DNA of 64,000 nt from a virus (Duplodnaviria; Caudoviricetes). This document shows, one piece after another, positions 1 through 9,904 of this stretch. The stretch is taken from IMG/VR virus record IMGVR_UViG_3300025267_002170; one strand, given 5' to 3'. The notes below the pieces were generated by a model, which saw nothing but the letters and a program-made list of their open reading frames with translations, was not told the origin of the DNA and did no database searches. A program made the translations under genes and the position numbers. The stretch's first letter is position 1. Each line of letters begins with the position of its first letter.

Positions 1-3000
1 GTCAAGACCCAAGTGCTTGACCTCACCTAGGTCCATCTCTGAAAGAGCTTTGTCCGCTTCTGTAAAGGACTTTGTCAGGGCTTCGAGAGCTTTCTTCTCC
101 TCTTTCCGCGCCTTGTTGCCCGCCATAAGCAGCTTAATAAACCCACCGTGCTCTGTGCGTCCTGTATCCACACGTTCTGCAAAAGCCTTTATCGAATTAC
201 TAGCCGTTGTTGCTTTTACCATAAATGCCTGAAGAGCCACCCCTGTAATTACAGTGGTGGTTGCAAGTTTTGTAAATCTATCAACTGATTTTTGAGTTTC
301 TTTATCGAGTTTAAAGAACTGTGTTATGACGCGGGTAATGGCATCAAGAGCTATGGTCATAGCAGCGAGCTTAAACCCTCCACCAAGCTCTCCTGTAGGT
401 CTAGGTCTAGCCGCGCCCCCATCCTGAAAACCAACGACGCCGCCCGTGGCAAACTTTCCAACATCATTCATATGATTGAGCTTGCCATAGCCAACACTTT
501 GAGCCGCTTTCTTGTTAATAACAAACTCGCCGGGGGTAAGAAGTGCCGGAACCGTGTCCGTACCTACACCGCCGCCCTTTGCAAACCTCTGGACCCTGCC
601 TCCCTTTGCCGCTGCTTGGAACCCTGCCGCCTCTGGCAACCCGGATTGTTCCGGGTCTTGTTCCATGCCTTTAAGAGAGGGGTCGTCTCTAAGAAGACCG
701 GAGAATTTTTTGAAGGCGGGAACTACGTGCCCTTTCCATATACTATCGCCAAACTCGTTGTTCTTATCGTAAAGCTGCTTTCCTCCGTACTTGGTAACTT
801 GAATGCCAAACTTTGTGAGAGCGGCTACGAATGTGGCCGCGCCCTCTATTCCCATTAGACCAAGTTCTATGGTTTGGCCAGCAACACCTCCAGCAGCCCA
901 ACCAAGTACGGCTCCGGGCAACAAGAGTCCCAGCCCCCCAAACTCCAAGCCAGCGGCGGCAAGCGCGTTTGTTATATCGCCGTAATTATATGCCTGTCCT
1001 GTAGTTTCATTCTCCCAAGGAAGATATCCTCCTAAAATGGGAACCGTATCTTTTTCGACTCTCATTAACGCACCAGTATAACGGCTTTTTCTGAGCGTTC
1101 CAGCAGCCAAATCGGCGTCTATTTTTTGTGAGTATTTGTCTACTGCTTCCTTGCCTTTTTTTGTTTTGTAAAGCTTCTTTAGCTTTTCTATCTGCCTCTT
1201 GTTAAGCTCTTCGCTGGGAATTATTTCCCTTAAGTCTCTCCAATATGCCTGACTTCGCCGCGTTAACAGTCCCGTCTTCTTTGGCTTTCCACCCTCTTTA
1301 AGCCCCTGAGCTTCTCGGAAATCAGTACCAAATATGGGCTTGGCCTCGTCCCCTCGGGTGCCTGTGCTTTCGGAGGAAACCATGGTTAGCGGGTCATGCA
1401 GCATCGTCAACGCCGCTGGACCAGAGAATTTTTCTGCCCCACCACTAGCTTTTCGTTCCCTAATCTTTTGTAATTTGTCTGCTTGGCCTTCGTCAAGAAG
1501 TTTGATTCCACTAGGAAATATATCTGGATAGTGTTTCGCAAGATTGTCCCATACCATACCCGCCTTAGCGGTAAGAATACTATCGCTATAAAGCCCACCC
1601 GCTCCTCTTACACTTGGCATAAGAGCCAATTGCGCATATGCAGCACTGCCCCAACCCTGACCCTCATATCCCTCCAGCAACTGTTTGGTGCTAGTAATAT
1701 GGAAACCCGGATATTTCTCCCCCTTATTTATATACCCCTCTATGCTCAGTAGTTGTTCGCCAACATCGGGCCAGTCCTCTGGTCTTTTATCCATACCACT
1801 AGGTATTACGCTATTGGCTCTAAAACTAGCGATTAATTTCGTTCTCTGTTTCCCCTTCGCAAGGTCTATATCACTACTAATATACGGCCTCTTATCCGTT
1901 ACTCCCCCAGCAATCTTGCCCCCTTCTTTAAGCTGCTGAAGATGTATCAGCGGAGTATACCGCTTACCAGCCAAGGGCTGGCCAGACGCTCGGTGTGCAG
2001 CGAGTGTTTCGGGTGTCCAAGGTTTGAAATCTTCTGGCGCGAAATTCGCCTCCTCGTCAATTCTTTCAACTCTGAACCTATTCAAGGAGGGAAGCAAAAT
2101 CTCATCTTCATATTCGTCCAGTTCTCTTAAATCGGCGCCCTCAAAGGTTGGCTTTGTATTAATTCTTAAAAGCCCATGTCCAACTTTACCGCGTGAGAAA
2201 AATGATTCTGTCGCGTGCCTATTAGTAGAAGTGGACAAAAATCCCTTAAGAGAAAACTCCCTTCCAATTAGGTTTTCCCAATTAGATTTATCGTGAAGTC
2301 CCCCCGGCTGAAGACCAAGAGCGGCTTCAATTTGTTCTCCTCTGCTAGACATAAATCCAGACCAAAGCGTTGTAGTTTCGGGCCATCTTCCGCCAGCAGC
2401 TATAATTTCGTCTTCTTCTTCCATTGTTATCCCGTCAATATCTCGCGCTCTCAAACTTTTCATAGACCTGTCTATCAAGATTTTTAATTCAGCTGCTTTT
2501 AAGACAGACTCTATGTAGCTTGAAGCGGTATCGCCGCGCTGCTCTCTTGGGTTCGTGCCAATCCAATCAAGATTGCTTCCGAACTCTTGTTCTATAAGAT
2601 TATTAACATTTCTAGAATCGCGGTAATACTGGTCTAAAGCCCTATTAGACCCTCTATAATCGCGCTTATCTAAGTCTTCCCAGATATAATCATCGCTATT
2701 CATAAAGTTACGAGCCGCGTCCGCTATCTTTTTATTCGTAGCAGTGCTCTTTACCATTGCCATTATTTTGTCTGATTGCTCAGGCAATACTTCAAGCATT
2801 TGTCCTTCAATGATTGGCCCAGTTCCGCCTAGCCCCTTCTCGAGTTTTTTCCGCTTTGGTTCCTGCGTTGTTTTAATGCCCTTCAAAGCAGTATTAACGC
2901 CTAGGGATTCCATCAGTTTGTCGGCTTCATCATGATACCACATCCCTGTTCTATAGGAAGATGGTCGGTTACGGACGTTTTCCATAACCCTTTCGAACTC

Positions 3001-6000
3001 GTCGGGGCCGAGGTTAGGTTCCCAGTCGAGGTTCCCGGCGGTCGGGGGGAACTGACCAATTTTCCCACCGGCCATTAGTTTTTGAACCACGCCGCCCATC
3101 GCCTTTTTTCTCATATGAGCCTGAACTGGAACTTTTGCACCAGACGCTAAGGTTCTAGAGTGTGCCCTGACAGGAGTTTCGGCGCGCGGGTCGCCTTCCT
3201 TAAACTGCAATGCGTCTAAATGATTCTTCTCAACATGTTTCCAAGCTGCATCAACTGCCCCCTGAAAAGTGCCGTCCATTGGCAGTTTTTGATTAAACGC
3301 CTTCCCAACAACCGATTTCTTCTCCTCGTCTCCTAAATTTGGCTTGGCATCACTAAAAGCTTCTTTGCTCCCAGTTAAAACATGACCGGGAGTCTGTACC
3401 ATTGGTTTAAGAATTTTTTGATGGTCTGTGCTAAGTTTAAAGTCAAAAAAATCAGAGTCTTTTTGCCCTTCAAACAAGCTCTTCAATGAGTCATAATCTT
3501 TTGCAAGTGCAAGCGTGATTAAATTTTCTAAAGCGGCTCCCATTGCCTCAGAAACTACTGTGTTCATTTGTCCTGTCGTTGTTTCCGTTTTTTGACTTTT
3601 AGTCAATAGCGCTTTTACTCTGTTTCTGTTCGCAAAGTCATCAGCCAACAGATTAAGACCTGTTTTTCCAAATGCTTTTCCTATTCCTCCACCTTCCTTA
3701 ATACCGGCCAGAAACTTGTTTCTAATCTTATCTCTAGTATCTGTTTCGTCTTTTCCTATAGGACTGCCATCGGAATAAAATTGATTCGTTACACTGTCTA
3801 GTAACCTAGAAGTTAATAGTTCTTCTGGCCCCATTAGCCTATCGGCATCGATGCGTGCCCTTAATCCTATATGAGATGCTACCACTCCAGAGTTAGCCGC
3901 GCTGTCTACAGGTAATTTCTTTGTTCCTTGATACCGCTGAAGCTTATCTCCCAGCTTCTCCGAAGAGCCGGGTTTTCGGTCTCGAACTTTTAAGTTTTTG
4001 TTTTTTTGGCTGAATAAATTTTTTATAGCTGGTCCCAATGCCGCCATTCTTCCACCCATCGGGATTTCTTGAAATCCACCACCCTCACTCTGCGACTTAA
4101 TTTGCGTCCTCGTACTTTCTCCCGTTTTAAAACTGAAACCTTCTTCCATACCTTCTGAAGACGTACCGCTGGGAGCCAACATTCCAACCGCATCTCTTAT
4201 TGTTAGGTCTGCACCGGGTACTTTACCTCCCCCGTGCAACCCTTTGAGGTCAGCACCAAATACAGGGTCACGGCCCGAACCGGCCATTCCTCTAAATTTT
4301 CCCTCGCGAACCGCTTTAGTCTGACCTCTAGCTTTATCTTCTCTTATACCCTTCAATCTATCAAGACTATCAGGATTAAGTAGTTCTATTCCGTTGGGGA
4401 ATATGTCGGGATAGTGTTTCGCAAGGTTGTCCCATACCATGCTTGCTTCAGGACTGGTGCTTTCGTCGCTATAAAATCCGGGAAATCCTCTAGCGGACAT
4501 CATCTGGGCCAATATTGCATACCCAGCACTTCCCCAGCCCTGACCCCTATACTGTTGTTTAATGGCGTCAGTCTTCCTAATATGAAACCCCTTATATGGG
4601 TCTTGTGTCTGTACAATCCCTCTTATTTTCAGGAACTCCTCGCCAATCTCAGGCCAATTAGCTGGACGTTCAGTCATGCCCCTAGGCATCACTCCGTTGG
4701 CCCTAAAGAAGGCCGTTATACCCTGCAAGGACGGGACACTCGGCTCGCCCTCCCGCGACCTCTCAGACTCTTCCGCCGCTGAGAGAGCAGCCGTCTTTAC
4801 AAGCTTAGTGCTAATATACGGTCTCTTATCCTTTGGAATAGAGGACATTCCACCAACCCCACCGCCTTCATCAAACCTCTGAACCCTGCCCCCTCGCCTC
4901 ATGTACTTGAATCCGGTATTAATCGCTTTTCCAAGTATACTGCTGCGCGACTTATCGTTATCCGAAGATTTGATATCAACATACTTTGTCTTTTTAAACG
5001 CAGTTAACTGACCATCTTCTATAACCTTGTTCCACTGAAGATTCTTTCTCTGCTCACCCGCAAACTCAAATACAGAACCGCTTCCGCTTCTGGGTTGTCC
5101 AACGATACTTCTAATGATAGCTTCTCCCATTATGCCCGATGTAATGGCTGCCCCTTCTTGCATCCCTTCGGTGATACTTTTCCCGACATCGCCCTCAGCC
5201 CCTTTCTCTGTGGCCATTCTCTTCATGGACTCTCTGGCCTCTTTGTCCACTTTGGCCATGCCCTTTCTTATGTCATCTTTAATATTGAAAACTTTTGCTC
5301 GCCCGCCAACAGAGATAGGTCCGTCTGGATATCTATTTTCGGCATACTCTTTAAAAGCTTTGGCTGACTTACCAGCAGAAGTAGCTACATTAGAAACACC
5401 GCCCTCTATGTATACAGGCTCACCACCCCCCCGTGAACTCTGATTAATAAAGATAACCCCCACATTGTCTTTGGTATCTACGTTTATTAATTGTTTGGCT
5501 TTCTTTTCTGCTGGAGTAGCCGCCTTAAGAGCCTTCTCATACGACCTCTTTCTAAACTGCGCAGTAGGTTCCTTAACAACCTTTTGCGCTCTGTGCAGTC
5601 CTATGCTTGGCTTTAGCTGCGCAACAGTTACGTTATCCCAATCAAAACCTGTTTCGCCACCATCTTCATATCTTCTTCTGCCCATTCCGCCGCCACGACC
5701 CCTTCTGATGGGACCGCCGCGACCACGTTTGTTCATCTTGTGAAGCCTATCGGACCCAATACTCTTTACCGAGCTTTTCTTTATTACGAATTCTCCCGGC
5801 GTCAACATCGCCGGTACGGTATCGGTATTTCCAGTACCGGGAACAACCCCGCCTCTGGCGAATTGTTTAACCATTCCTCCCTTTTGGAATTCTGGAATGC
5901 CCATTCTAAAGCCCTTGGCAAAACCGGCCAAAGCACCGCCGAGCTTAATTGCCCCAAGGGTTGCAATCAGGGGAATAAGAGGAGTTAAAGAATCTACAAC

Positions 6001-7245
6001 CTTTATGAATGCAGACGATAACTTAAGAGCCACGTCAAGCATGGTTCTGAAAGACCTACTGTCTGCAATCTTACGAGTTAACTCACCAAACTCTTCTCTA
6101 ACCTTGGCTATTTGAACAGCCATGGTTCTTTGAGCCTTGGCCGCATCCGAGCTAAGAGAGGTTGTTCCCATCATTGCCTTTCCCAAGGCACGCTCGCTGG
6201 TCGCAAATTGTTGCAGAAGCGGAATAACCTTACCAATTTGTCTGAAGCCACCCAGCTGTTCTGCTATTGAAGCAAAAAGAACGCTGGTCTTTGGCAGTCC
6301 AGAAAGGGCTTTACTTAACCTCTTTACAGCTTCAAATGGACCTACAAAGTTTCCTGATAGGTCTTGTAGCTCAACTCCAAACCTTTTTAGAAACTCAATG
6401 GTTTGAGGTCTTTGAATTCTGGTGAAAATAGTTCTCAAGCCAGTGGCAATGGTTTCGGCGGTTTCTCGTGTGGTTGCTCTAACGCTTGTGAAAAGGGCTA
6501 TGAATTCATTTAACGTTCCACCCGCAGCCGTGAATACTCCACCAGTACGTCTGACGGCCTTGATGATATCTTCTGACTCTACAGCAAAAGACTTAGATAC
6601 CGCGTTGATGGAAGAAAGCTGGCCCTCTAGTGATTCAACGCCTCTTCCAAACTGTCTTAAGATTGCGATGGCCCCTTCTGCGGTGTTGGCAATACTACCA
6701 AACGTAGAAGCTAGTTCAGTCTTGGTTAGCGCCCTCATCGCAGTCGTCACGTCGTCGGCTGACAAGCCAGCCTGAGCCAAGACTCTAGAGACAGTCAAAA
6801 TTTCACCGGCAGCAACGCCAAATTCTTTTGACAAGCTAGTAACTTCAGAAGATAGTTCTTTAAGACCGCCAACACTCTTTCCCGTAATTTGGCTTATCTT
6901 TACCATTTCCTTTTCAAAAGATATAGCTTCTACAACGCCTGTTTTCATAGCTCTAACGAAGGCTATGAATACGCTCGTGGCTAGAGTGAAGCCAGCGAAT
7001 CTTTTAGCGGCAAGGGCTGCGGCCTTACCAAAAGACTGCATTCCAGTTGTGGCAGTTTGGGCCTGTCCAGTGACGCCGCTAAGGCTTTTTGAAACTGCGG
7101 CAATTCTGGTTGACGCGCTTGCAGGAACGGTCACATTTACGGGAACAGATACGCCAGCCAACTGGCTTCTAATCTGGTTAACAACCGTACTTAGGTTTTT
7201 CGGAGCCTGTAGCTGAATTTGCGCAGTTAATACAAAACCTGCCAT
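1..7245 (-). CDS. Tail tape measure protein (3'-truncated, >2415 aa) with embedded ADP-ribosyltransferase, GNAT-like and nuclease-like domains
   Basis: ATG at 7245 (MAGFVLTAQIQLQAP...). Frame stays open to the window edge, so it is absent from the ORF track. TP901-type TMP core (AISFEKEMVKISQIT...LAQAGL...TIATGLRTIFTR), two TDTVPA(M/L)LTPGEFVI motifs, and position after the tail tube and chaperone genes. Confidence 0.9.
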   Translation of the reverse strand, partial: MAGFVLTAQIQLQAPKNLSTVVNQIRSQLAGVSVPVNVTVPASASTRIAAVSKSLSGVTGQAQTATTGMQSFGKAAALAAKRFAGFTLATSVFIAFVRAMKTGVVEAISFEKEMVKISQITGKSVGGLKELSSEVTSLSKEFGVAAGEILTVSRVLAQAGLSADDVTTAMRALTKTELASTFGSIANTAEGAIAILRQFGRGVESLEGQLSSINAVSKSFAVESEDIIKAVRRTGGVFTAAGGTLNEFIALFTSVRATTRETAETIATGLRTIFTRIQRPQTIEFLKRFGVELQDLSGNFVGPFEAVKRLSKALSGLPKTSVLFASIAEQLGGFRQIGKVIPLLQQFATSERALGKAMMGTTSLSSDAAKAQRTMAVQIAKVREEFGELTRKIADSRSFRTMLDVALKLSSAFIKVVDSLTPLIPLIATLGAIKLGGALAGFAKGFRMGIPEFQKGGMVKQFARGGVVPGTGNTDTVPAMLTPGEFVIKKSSVKSIGSDRLHKMNKRGRGGPIRRGRGGGMGRRRYEDGGETGFDWDNVTVAQLKPSIGLHRAQKVVKEPTAQFRKRSYEKALKAATPAEKKAKQLINVDTKDNVGVIFINQSSRGGGEPVYIEGGVSNVATSAGKSAKAFKEYAENRYPDGPISVGGRAKVFNIKDDIRKGMAKVDKEARESMKRMATEKGAEGDVGKSITEGMQEGAAITSGIMGEAIIRSIVGQPRSGSGSVFEFAGEQRKNLQWNKVIEDGQLTAFKKTKYVDIKSSDNDKSRSSILGKAINTGFKYMRRGGRVQRFDEGGGVGGMSSIPKDKRPYISTKLVKTAALSAAEESERSREGEPSVPSLQGITAFFRANGVMPRGMTERPANWPEIGEEFLKIRGIVQTQDPYKGFHIRKTDAIKQQYRGQGWGSAGYAILAQMMSARGFPGFYSDESTSPEASMVWDNLAKHYPDIFPNGIELLNPDSLDRLKGIREDKARGQTKAVREGKFRGMAGSGRDPVFGADLKGLHGGGKVPGADLTIRDAVGMLAPSGTSSEGMEEGFSFKTGESTRTQIKSQSEGGGFQEIPMGGRMAALGPAIKNLFSQKNKNLKVRDRKPGSSEKLGDKLQRYQGTKKLPVDSAANSGVVASHIGLRARIDADRLMGPEELLTSRLLDSVTNQFYSDGSPIGKDETDTRDKIRNKFLAGIKEGGGIGKAFGKTGLNLLADDFANRNRVKALLTKSQKTETTTGQMNTVVSEAMGAALENLITLALAKDYDSLKSLFEGQKDSDFFDFKLSTDHQKILKPMVQTPGHVLTGSKEAFSDAKPNLGDEEKKSVVGKAFNQKLPMDGTFQGAVDAAWKHVEKNHLDALQFKEGDPRAETPVRAHSRTLASGAKVPVQAHMRKKAMGGVVQKLMAGGKIGQFPPTAGNLDWEPNLGPDEFERVMENVRNRPSSYRTGMWYHDEADKLMESLGVNTALKGIKTTQEPKRKKLEKGLGGTGPIIEGQMLEVLPEQSDKIMAMVKSTATNKKIADAARNFMNSDDYIWEDLDKRDYRGSNRALDQYYRDSRNVNNLIEQEFGSNLDWIGTNPREQRGDTASSYIESVLKAAELKILIDRSMKSLRARDIDGITMEEEDEIIAAGGRWPETTTLWSGFMSSRGEQIEAALGLQPGGLHDKSNWENLIGREFSLKGFLSTSTNRHATESFFSRGKVGHGLLRINTKPTFEGADLRELDEYEDEILLPSLNRFRVERIDEEANFAPEDFKPWTPETLAAHRASGQPLAGKRYTPLIHLQQLKEGGKIAGGVTDKRPYISSDIDLAKGKQRTKLIASFRANSVIPSGMDKRPEDWPDVGEQLLSIEGYINKGEKYPGFHITSTKQLLEGYEGQGWGSAAYAQLALMPSVRGAGGLYSDSILTAKAGMVWDNLAKHYPDIFPSGIKLLDEGQADKLQKIRERKASGGAEKFSGPAALTMLHDPLTMVSSESTGTRGDEAKPIFGTDFREAQGLKEGGKPKKTGLLTRRSQAYWRDLREIIPSEELNKRQIEKLKKLYKTKKGKEAVDKYSQKIDADLAAGTLRKSRYTGALMRVEKDTVPILGGYLPWENETTGQAYNYGDITNALAAAGLEFGGLGLLLPGAVLGWAAGGVAGQTIELGLMGIEGAATFVAALTKFGIQVTKYGGKQLYDKNNEFGDSIWKGHVVPAFKKFSGLLRDDPSLKGMEQDPEQSGLPEAAGFQAAAKGGRVQRFAKGGGVGTDTVPALLTPGEFVINKKAAQSVGYGKLNHMNDVGKFATGGVVGFQDGGAARPRPTGELGGGFKLAAMTIALDAITRVITQFFKLDKETQKSVDRFTKLATTTVITGVALQAFMVKATTASNSIKAFAERVDTGRTEHGGFIKLLMAGNKARKEEKKALEALTKSFTEADKALSEMDLGEVKHLGLD

Positions 7246-7260
7246 CACTTACCCCATATA

Positions 7261-7312
7261 AAAAAACGGGTATACCGGTAGTGTAAAAAACACTGACCGG
7301 CAACCCGCTATC
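7261..7312 (-). terminator. Putative intrinsic terminator/attenuator between chaperone and TMP genes
   Basis: Minus strand reads cgggttgccggtcagtg...cactaccggtatacccg followed by T7. Confidence 0.5.
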
Positions 7313-7327
7313 CGTTTTATAATAAAA

Positions 7328-8272
7328 TCACGCTTCTACTTCTTCTGTGTCAGACTCTTCTTCTTCCTTAGCCTTTTTAGTAGCCCTCTTCTTTTTGGCT
7401 TTAGGCTCTTCTTCAGCAGAAGCTTCTTCGTCAGAATCTTCTTCGTCTTCTTCTTCCGTCTCGGCAACAACGGGGTTTCCGTCATCATCCAAGAATGGCT
7501 TAGAATCTACTATATATTCACCTTCTTCATCGACGGCGTTTCCTTCGATATCTACTAGGTTGCCATCTTTATCAACAAAGTTTCCGTTTTCGTTGACTAG
7601 CCTACCCTCTTCATCAATAGGATGCCCATCACTATTGAGTAGTCTGAGGTCAGAGTCGGCAAACTTATAACTGGTTAGAAACTTGTTTTCTGGAAGGTTC
7701 TTTTCATAACTTGGGTCAAGACCATACATCATGTTTGCTAGTTGTCCAGCAGCCTCAATGACGAATGGATTAGCAGCACCGTTTTCGTATTCATCCATGT
7801 CCGAAAAGTAGGTTGAATTCGTGCCTTCTTTAACGATACAAACCGAAGCAAGGTGATTGAACCTTGCGTTGTCGGCCTGTCCTTCTGCCGTATTACCATC
7901 CATAGAACTTCGCTCTGAAATTAGTTCACGAAATTCCATTCTCTTTGTTCTCATTTCCATGGCAACTTCTCTTGCCTCACGGAGCTTAATGCCCCCAGCC
8001 TTGAGCTTTCTCTCGGCTCCAAGGATGTCCTTGTTGATTTGTTCATAACGTTTTTGCTTTTCGTCATCCCAAATCTTTTGACGCCTCATCTCGTCTTCCA
8101 GCTTCTGACGAAGAAGAGCGCCCGACTCTAGGGCATCACGAAATGCTCGGTTATAAGCCAACTGAGCATCTCTTAGATGCTGCGCTGTTGGTCTTACGAC
8201 CTCTACGACTACCTTTTTTTCATTTTCATCAGTTGAATTAATAACAACTCTCTTGTCTTCAGGCATCTTCAT
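7328..8272 (-). CDS. Putative tail assembly chaperone with acidic C-terminus
   Basis: 314-aa ORF directly upstream of the TMP; assigned by position. Confidence 0.45.
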   Translation of the reverse strand: MKMPEDKRVVINSTDENEKKVVVEVVRPTAQHLRDAQLAYNRAFRDALESGALLRQKLEDEMRRQKIWDDEKQKRYEQINKDILGAERKLKAGGIKLREAREVAMEMRTKRMEFRELISERSSMDGNTAEGQADNARFNHLASVCIVKEGTNSTYFSDMDEYENGAANPFVIEAAGQLANMMYGLDPSYEKNLPENKFLTSYKFADSDLRLLNSDGHPIDEEGRLVNENGNFVDKDGNLVDIEGNAVDEEGEYIVDSKPFLDDDGNPVVAETEEEDEEDSDEEASAEEEPKAKKKRATKKAKEEEESDTEEVEA

Positions 8273-8639
8273 CCTCCTTAGTATCTTGAGTAGCTACAGG
8301 TAAAGTTACGTGATATCTATTCCAGTTGATATCGTAGTGTCCAAATTCAGTTTCCATATTTCTTATTTGATGATTGCCACGGTCAAGAATTTCTGACCTC
8401 ACCTTGTCATAAAGTTCTCTTAGATGCTCCTGCTCTGGAGTAAGGTCTTCTTCAGAACCATGGCCCCACATAAAGCCTAGATGGGCTTCGATGGAACTTA
8501 GCGCCCCAATCATAGTTGTTTGAATTTTCTTGCTCGATATTTTATATAATCTTTGTCTAGAGCTTTCCTTAAATCTATCCTCCTTCTCTTGTTTATAGCT
8601 TTTCGATAACTGTACTAACTTCAGATATTCCTCGTCCAT
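8259..8639 (-). CDS. Hypothetical protein (tail module)
   Basis: 126-aa ORF overlapping its neighbour in the operon. Confidence 0.7.
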   Translation of the reverse strand: MDEEYLKLVQLSKSYKQEKEDRFKESSRQRLYKISSKKIQTTMIGALSSIEAHLGFMWGHGSEEDLTPEQEHLRELYDKVRSEILDRGNHQIRNMETEFGHYDINWNRYHVTLPVATQDTKEDEDA

Positions 8640-8656
8640 TGTTTTGTTCCCCTTGG

Positions 8657-9706
8657 TTAACGTCTTGTCTTTGCAGCCTCCATCGCCGCCCTATTTCTTT
8701 GCATCTGTAAGTCCATGGCAACATCTGGCAAGTGTTCTTGCTTTGTTCTTTCCTCGGAAAGTAATGCCTGTTGTCTTGCGGTTTTTATCGCTTTTGCCTG
8801 TGGGTCGTTAAGTTCGTTAATCTTATCTATGTCTTCTTCACTCTTGGCTACAATGTAGACCTCGTCAGAATTTGCAATTTTCTCATTGCTAATTATGTCT
8901 TCTGCCGCCTTTTGTTTCTTATGTAATTCTCTCTCTCTCCTCTGAATAATTAACCAACCATCCAACATGTCGTCATCTAAAATGATTTCATCCGATGGAG
9001 CATCTGGAGATTCTGCAATAGAATCGTACATTGAAGACCAAAGTATTAAGTTTTTTTGTTCGTCTGTATAACAAGTTGCTGGAATATCAAAAAGAACTCC
9101 ACCAGTCTTTTTGCAACATGCCCAAGTAGTTCTCCAAGGGTCTGTTTTTGCCAACTCTCTTATTTCTGTATCAGACAGCGTTTCATCCTGATATCTTGAA
9201 AGCACAGCAGAAATGGCTATATCAGAAAAATCATATTTTTTTTCATTCTTATAAGTGCAGTGTTCTATTATCCAAGACCATCTCGAATAGCTGGCAATTC
9301 CATTGCAAGTTGTTGAATCATATGAATGTTTTGTTGATAAAAGTTTTGATAAAACTGATTTTGTTCTATCGAGAGAAATTCTTATTCGTCCCTGTGACTT
9401 CACATCAAAAGAAGCGTTATATAAATCTACCTTAAAGTTTTCAATCTTTGATAGGATATTTTTAATATCCAAATCGTATTGTTTACTCCAGACACCTTGC
9501 TCTAACATCGCTTCTTCAATTTCCTCATCAATTAATACTCCTCCCAAATAAGCATTATCATATACTTCTTGAAAATGCTCTTGAGATTCATATCTCTCGT
9601 CTAACGTGGGATTTTTTACAACTAAAATTAAGCCATCCTTTATTTTTAGCCTAATGTCTCCCGTGACAATTCTTGATATAAAATATTCCCGTTGATGAAA
9701 CTCCAT
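8657..9706 (-). CDS. Hypothetical protein, possible tail assembly chaperone
   Basis: 349-aa ORF between the tail tube and TMP genes. Confidence 0.5.
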   Translation of the reverse strand: MEFHQREYFISRIVTGDIRLKIKDGLILVVKNPTLDERYESQEHFQEVYDNAYLGGVLIDEEIEEAMLEQGVWSKQYDLDIKNILSKIENFKVDLYNASFDVKSQGRIRISLDRTKSVLSKLLSTKHSYDSTTCNGIASYSRWSWIIEHCTYKNEKKYDFSDIAISAVLSRYQDETLSDTEIRELAKTDPWRTTWACCKKTGGVLFDIPATCYTDEQKNLILWSSMYDSIAESPDAPSDEIILDDDMLDGWLIIQRRERELHKKQKAAEDIISNEKIANSDEVYIVAKSEEDIDKINELNDPQAKAIKTARQQALLSEERTKQEHLPDVAMDLQMQRNRAAMEAAKTRR

Positions 9707-9763
9707 TTAGAGCCTCACTAACGAGAATGGGTTGTTGTTCTGACCATCTGTCCCTCCTAAATC

Positions 9764-9892
9764 CAAAAAAAAAGTCAGGTTGCTACTCGCCAAAAAATCT
9801 ATCCTATCAAACGACAATCGTCGCAGGCTATCGCAACAACTCTGACTTAGGCCGGGGGGCTTGAGCGAACCCAAACCCCCCTTATACCTAAG
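9764..9892 (-). terminator. Structured 3' region and terminator of the tail tube gene
   Basis: Minus strand: ggggggtttggg-ttcg-ctcaagcccccc hairpin, then aagtcag...ctgactt followed by a T-run. Confidence 0.6.
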
Positions 9893-9904
9893 TTAAATCA
9901 AATC

